From contig JBKBRF010000002.1 of NCBI GenBank assembly GCA_046292385.1, positions 267,824 through 331,823 on the forward strand: a stretch of DNA of 64,000 nt, read 5' to 3'. How positions within the stretch are numbered: the first letter of the stretch is position 1; the number at the start of each line of letters is the position of its first letter. Source of the DNA: Armatimonadota bacterium (GTDB lineage: Bacteria > Armatimonadota > SYMT01). The position numbers were made by a program, and so were the translations under genes. Below the pieces are notes generated by a model. The model worked only from the letters and a program-made list of their open reading frames with translations. It was not told the DNA's origin and searched no databases. Positions 59,005 to 64,000 of this stretch are shown here, in pieces.

Positions 59005-59847
59005 CTACCGTCCCGCGGCGGCGCGGATGGGGCCGAGGAGGGCCGGGTCCAGGGGACGGTTGCGGTAGACGCGGCCGAGGCGGACGCTGTCTTTCGTGGT
59101 GCCGTGGAAGTCGCTGCCGCCGGTGACGACGAGACTCAGCTCCCGGGCGACGCGCAGGAACCGCTCCGTCTCCTCTTCGGAGTGCTGGCTGTAGTAGCAC
59201 TCCAGGCCGTCGAGCCCGCACTCCTTCAGCCGCGCGATCTCCGCCGCCAGCGACTCCTCCGTATCGAAGCCGAGGTACTTCGGGTGGGCGACCACCGCCG
59301 CGCCGCCGCCCTGGTGCACCAGCTCGATCGCTTCCCGGGGGTCGAGGCGGACCTTCGGGACGTGCAGCGGCTTGCCGTCTCCCACCAGCCGCTCGAAGGC
59401 GTCCGGCAGGCTCGTCGCGTAGCCCTTCCGCACCAGCGCCCGCGCCATGTGCGGCCGGCCGACCTGTCCCTCCCCCGCCTCCGCGAGCACGTCGTCCCAG
59501 GTGACGTCGATCCCCAGCTCCTGCATCCGGCGGACCATCACCTGGTTGCGATTGGCCCGGTTCTCCTGCAGGTAGGTGACGCGGGAGAGGAACGCCTCGT
59601 TCTGGGGGTCGACGTAATAGCCGAGCAGGTGCAGCTCGCCGTGGGGGTAATCGACGCTGATCTCGATCCCCGGCACCAGCTCCAGCCCGGTCTTCTCCGC
59701 GGCGGCGATCGCCTCGGCCACGCCCTCCACGGTGTCGTGGTCCGTCACGGCGAGCGCGGTAAGCCCCACGTCGCGGGCAAGCAGCACCAGCTCGGTCGGG
59801 GAGAGCGTGCCGTCGGAGGCGGTGGTATGGGCGTGGAGATCCATCAT
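59005..59847 (-). CDS. PHP-domain phosphoesterase
   Basis: DLHAHTTASDG, AVTDHD, AHP and GGSDFHG. Confidence 0.95.
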   Translation of the reverse strand: MMDLHAHTTASDGTLSPTELVLLARDVGLTALAVTDHDTVEGVAEAIAAAEKTGLELVPGIEISVDYPHGELHLLGYYVDPQNEAFLSRVTYLQENRANRNQVMVRRMQELGIDVTWDDVLAEAGEGQVGRPHMARALVRKGYATSLPDAFERLVGDGKPLHVPKVRLDPREAIELVHQGGGAAVVAHPKYLGFDTEESLAAEIARLKECGLDGLECYYSQHSEEETERFLRVARELSLVVTGGSDFHGTTKDSVRLGRVYRNRPLDPALLGPIRAAAGR

Positions 59848-60071
59848 GTTCGGGAACGGCTGCTTCTTGCGGAGGGTGAGAGTGATAGCAGGGAGCCTGG
59901 CTCGCTTACATCGCAGGGTATAGGGGTTAGGGTATAGGGTCTTTGGACTCGGTCGATCCTTCCTCGTAGCGTAGCCGAGGCTCGGCGCGGATGACCAGTT
60001 GCTGTAAGAATCGCAAGCGTGAGGACCTGATTCCCCAGGACCTGAACCCGGACCTCTGGAGCCTGAATCCG

Positions 60072-60344
60072 ATGAAGAGCCGAGTCGTATTCTTCCTCGC
60101 CGCGGCGCTCTGCGCCGCGCTGCCGGCAGCCGCCTGGGCCGGAGAGGCCGCGCGTCCGGACCCGGGGCCGGCCCGCTCCACCCCCTTCCCGGACGTCCCG
60201 CGCGACCACTGGGCCTTCGACGCCGTAGAACAGCTCCGCCAGCGCGGCATCCTGCGCGGCTACCCGCCGGCCGCAGCGAAACCGTCGCGCCAGGCCGAAC
60301 CGCGGAAGCGCGGTGCTTCGATCAAGAAGGCCCGCAGCCGTTAG
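60072..60344 (+). CDS. Small exported protein with a single SLH domain and basic tail
   Basis: Signal peptide ending AWA; FPDVPRDHWAFDAVEQLRQRGILRGYP. Confidence 0.85.
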   Translation: MKSRVVFFLAAALCAALPAAAWAGEAARPDPGPARSTPFPDVPRDHWAFDAVEQLRQRGILRGYPPAAAKPSRQAEPRKRGASIKKARSR

Positions 60345-60903
60345 CCTCCGAGGCGCTCCCCGTCTGCAGGCAGACCCGGAAAGGTCTCCAGCCGCCGGGC
60401 GGGTCCCACTCTCCCTGTCCGGAGATGAGACCTGCCTCGACGCGCTCGACCACCACCCCATCGATTCCCAGCTCCTCGGAGACCCATAGGATCTCTCCCT
60501 CTTCCGAAAGCCGGAACAGGCGCGCCGCGGAGGCGACCAGTAAGCAACTCTCGTCCGGGTAGAGTCCGGCGAAGTAACCGCCGAGCTCCACCGTTACGGC
60601 TGGCTCGCCGCTCTGGGACACGAGATAGACCCGGTGCCCGGAGCCGATCACGACCCAACGGTGCCAGACCCGTGCTTCCTGGAACGCAAAGGTTTCACCA
60701 CCCGCGTAGAGATCGACACGGAGCCGCGGTGTGCCGTCCTCTTCCACCGTAACGAAGGAATCCGGAGTGCCGAGCCCGGTGGGAGGCTCGCCCAGCCGGA
60801 GCGGCGTCAGGTGCGTCCACGGTGCGTCGAGGGTCTCTCGAAACCGGGCCTCGATTCTGGCCGTTGAGCCGGTCGAGTGACATTCTGCCATCCGCTCCTC
60901 CAT
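60322..60903 (-). CDS. Hypothetical beta-rich protein
   Basis: Protein-like ORF (LGIDGVVVERV...GEWDPPGGWRPF). Start uncertain. Confidence 0.7.
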   Translation of the reverse strand: MEERMAECHSTGSTARIEARFRETLDAPWTHLTPLRLGEPPTGLGTPDSFVTVEEDGTPRLRVDLYAGGETFAFQEARVWHRWVVIGSGHRVYLVSQSGEPAVTVELGGYFAGLYPDESCLLVASAARLFRLSEEGEILWVSEELGIDGVVVERVEAGLISGQGEWDPPGGWRPFRVCLQTGSASEANGCGPS

Positions 60904-61008
60904 TCCGGAAGGCACCGAGCCGGAGCAAGAGCAAGATTAGAAGCAGGACCTCCCGCCCACGGCCGGTCCCTTTTCATCCTTCTGCCTTCATCCTTCTGCC
61001 TTTAAGAG

Positions 61009-62481
61009 ATGTCCCCTTACCTTCTCGCACTGGACCAGGGCACCACCTCCTCGCGCGCCATGCTGGTGGACGCGCAGGGGCAGCCGGCCGGGGTGGCGGC
61101 GCGGGAGTTTCCGCAGCTCTACCCGCAGCCGGGCTGGGTGGAGCACGACCCGGAGGCGATCTGGGAGAGCCAGCTCGCGGCGGTCGAGGCGCTGCTGGAG
61201 GAGCGCGGCCGGCCGGAGGTGGCGGCGCTCGGCATCACCAACCAGCGGGAGACGACGCTCCTCTGGCGCCGGTCGGACGGCCGCCCGGTCTATCCCGCCA
61301 TCGTGTGGCAGGACCGCCGCACCGCGGCCCGCTGCGAGCAGCTCCGTGCGGAGGGCCGGACCGGCTGGCTGCAGGAGCGGACGGGACTGCTGCCGGACCC
61401 GTACTTCTCCGCCACCAAGCTGGAGTGGCTGCTGGAGCAGGTCCCCGGCGCCCGCGCCCAGGCGGAGGCGGGGGAGCTGGCGTTCGGGACGGTCGACACC
61501 TGGCTGCTCTGGAAGCTGACCGGCGGAGCGGTCCACCGGACCGACCGCACCAACGCCTCGCGCACGCTGCTCTGGAACCTGCGGGAGGAGCGCTGGGACC
61601 CGGAGCTGCTGGAGCTGTTCGGGATTCCGGAGAGCGTGCTGCCGGAGGTGCTCTCCTCCGCCGCCCGCTTCACCGATGCGGGAAGCGGACCCGGCTGGCG
61701 AGGGGCGCCGGCAGCGGGGATCGCGGGCGACCAGCAGGCGGCGCTCTACGGGCAGGCCGGCTGGGAGCCGGGGCTGGCGAAGAACACCTACGGCACCGGC
61801 TGCTTCCTGCTGCTGAATACGGGACGAGAGACGCCGGTCTCCGCCAACGGGCTGCTCACCACAGCCGCCTGCGGCCCGGACGGCGGGGGGGCCTACGCGG
61901 TGGAGGGCTCCGTCTTCGTGGCCGGCGCGGCGGTGCAGTGGCTGCGCGACGGCCTGGGGCTGATCCGCACCGCGGCGGAATCGGAGGCGGTGGCCCGCTC
62001 CGTGCCGGACACCGGCGGCGTCTACCTGGTCCCCGCCTTCACCGGCCTCGGCGCGCCGTACTGGGACCCGCACGCGCGCGGGACGATGGTCGGCCTCACC
62101 CGCGGCACCACGCGCGCCCATCTCGTCCGCGCCGCGCTGGAAGCGATCGCTCTGCAGACCTGCGACGTCGTGGAGGCGATGGCCGCGGATGCGGGAGCCC
62201 CGCTGCGGACGCTGCGGGTGGACGGCGGCGCCAGCGCGAACGACTTCCTGATGCAGCTCCAGGCCGACCTGCTGGGGATTCCGGTGGAGCGGGCCGCGTG
62301 CGCGGAGACGACCGCCCTCGGGGCCGCCTACCTGGCCGGCGTCGGCTGCGGCCTGTGGAGACCCAGGGAGCTGGCCAGCCTCTGGCGGGCCGACCGCGTC
62401 TTCGAGCCGCGGATGAGCGAGGACCAGCGGCAGTCGCTGCGGCACGGCTGGCGGCGCGCGATCGAGCAGACGAGAGCGTAA
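61009..62481 (+). CDS. glpK: Glycerol kinase
   Basis: [34 protein letters not shown] and VDGGASAN. Confidence 0.97.
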   Translation: MSPYLLALDQGTTSSRAMLVDAQGQPAGVAAREFPQLYPQPGWVEHDPEAIWESQLAAVEALLEERGRPEVAALGITNQRETTLLWRRSDGRPVYPAIVWQDRRTAARCEQLRAEGRTGWLQERTGLLPDPYFSATKLEWLLEQVPGARAQAEAGELAFGTVDTWLLWKLTGGAVHRTDRTNASRTLLWNLREERWDPELLELFGIPESVLPEVLSSAARFTDAGSGPGWRGAPAAGIAGDQQAALYGQAGWEPGLAKNTYGTGCFLLLNTGRETPVSANGLLTTAACGPDGGGAYAVEGSVFVAGAAVQWLRDGLGLIRTAAESEAVARSVPDTGGVYLVPAFTGLGAPYWDPHARGTMVGLTRGTTRAHLVRAALEAIALQTCDVVEAMAADAGAPLRTLRVDGGASANDFLMQLQADLLGIPVERAACAETTALGAAYLAGVGCGLWRPRELASLWRADRVFEPRMSEDQRQSLRHGWRRAIEQTRA

Positions 62482-62532
62482 GACACGGCGGCGGAAGGGC
62501 TCGCCACTCCCGGGCGGGTGGAAGGCGTCGGC

Positions 62533-62538
62533 TATAAT
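62533..62538 (+). promoter_or_regulatory. Possible -10 box TATAAT for rph
   Basis: Perfect TATAAT about 65 nt upstream of the AGGAG RBS/ATG; no clear -35. Confidence 0.5.
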
Positions 62539-62604
62539 CTCTAGCGTGGGCGGGGGCGAGGCGCCGCGCCAACCCCGCTGCCGATTGCTTCCAGAGGAGA
62601 TTTC

Positions 62605-63342
<738 letters not shown>

Positions 63343-63560
63343 CGGGTAGCGTTTAGGGTGTAGCGTTTAGGGTGTAGCGTGTAGGGCTGGCGGGGGGCGA
63401 AGTGCGCCCTCCGCGTACGGCTACTCTTACTCCTTCTCGTTCTCCTACACTTACTCAGAGGCGCTCCGGAGCGGCAGCGCGTCCTCTCGAGAGGCCCGGG
63501 CTTCCGCCGCCCCTCCAGGGCGGGTAACGTTAGGGCGGCTCCGAGGCGGTAGAGGCCGCC

Positions 63561-63702
63561 GATCGCTGACGGTTGACCGCCAGCGGAGCCAACCGCGGTG
63601 CTCGCTCCGCACCGCCGCCGGGGAGCCTCCGGGGCGCGGGGAGAGACAGATCGCCGGCAGTCAACTGCCGGCGGAGCCAACCCGCGGAGTTCACTCCGCA
63701 CC
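63561..63702. repeat. Two tandem REP-like double-palindrome units
   Basis: 63649-63702 is near-identical to the reverse complement of 30768-30820; 63561-63613 is a degenerate copy. Confidence 0.85.
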
Positions 63703-63835
63703 GCTTCCCGAATACTTCTCCCGCCCCTCCGGGGCGGAACGTGGCGGCGGCTCCGAGTCCGGGGGCTGCGCTGCGCTGACCCCCGGCTACCCTCTCGCGC
63801 CCCTCCGGGGCGCCGTCCGCGCTATGCCCGCCGCG

Positions 63836-63882
63836 CTCTGTCCCTCTGTCCCTCTGTCCCTCTGTCCCTCTGTCCCTCTGTC
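63836..63882. repeat. Octamer tandem array (CTCTGTCC) x5.9
   Basis: Read directly; ends exactly at the IS left end. Confidence 0.95.
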
Positions 63883-64000
63883 TGGAGTTACCCCCTGAGA
63901 GCGGACAGGCAATACCCCTCATTTCGACCAACGGGTCGGAGGGAGGTTGCTATGGCTCGCAGGTTCTCAGCCGCGTTCAAGTTCGAAATCGTGCGGCAAC
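63883..64000 (+). mobile_element. Left end of an IS3-family insertion sequence (IRL plus start of orfA at 63952)
   Basis: TGGAGTTACCCCCTGAGAGCGGACA fits the IS3 IR pattern (TG...CCCC...GGACA). GGAGG RBS, then MARRFSAAFKFEIVRQ, which is typical of an orfA HTH start. Confidence 0.75.

Overview
High-GC bacterial chromosomal segment. Armatimonadota is the best guess from gene content and architectures (inference, not a database result). Housekeeping genes include two tandem signal peptidases I, coaE, rpsA, polA, cmk-plsC, glpK and rph. Accessory genes include ABC transporter subunits, hydantoinase B, GT4 and GT39 glycosyltransferases, an L,D-transpeptidase, VanW, tandem hemerythrins, two CxxCH proteins, GH5, DUF1501 and DUF433. 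The standout is a 15-kb, five-gene, minus-strand cluster of exported proteins (9023-23923). Three otherwise unrelated proteins (2142 aa, an S8 protease, 684 aa) share an internally duplicated ~170-aa 'GWN' module at or near the C-terminus. They are interleaved with two CsgG/FlgT-like proteins, and GC stem-loops sit in most of the gaps. This is a candidate undescribed surface export/assembly system. Many intergenic gaps carry modular short-tandem-repeat or REP-like elements, some supplying stop codons. An IS3-family element begins at the right edge, directly abutting an octamer array. I saw no rRNA, tRNA or CRISPR array. Domain calls are from motif recognition by eye.
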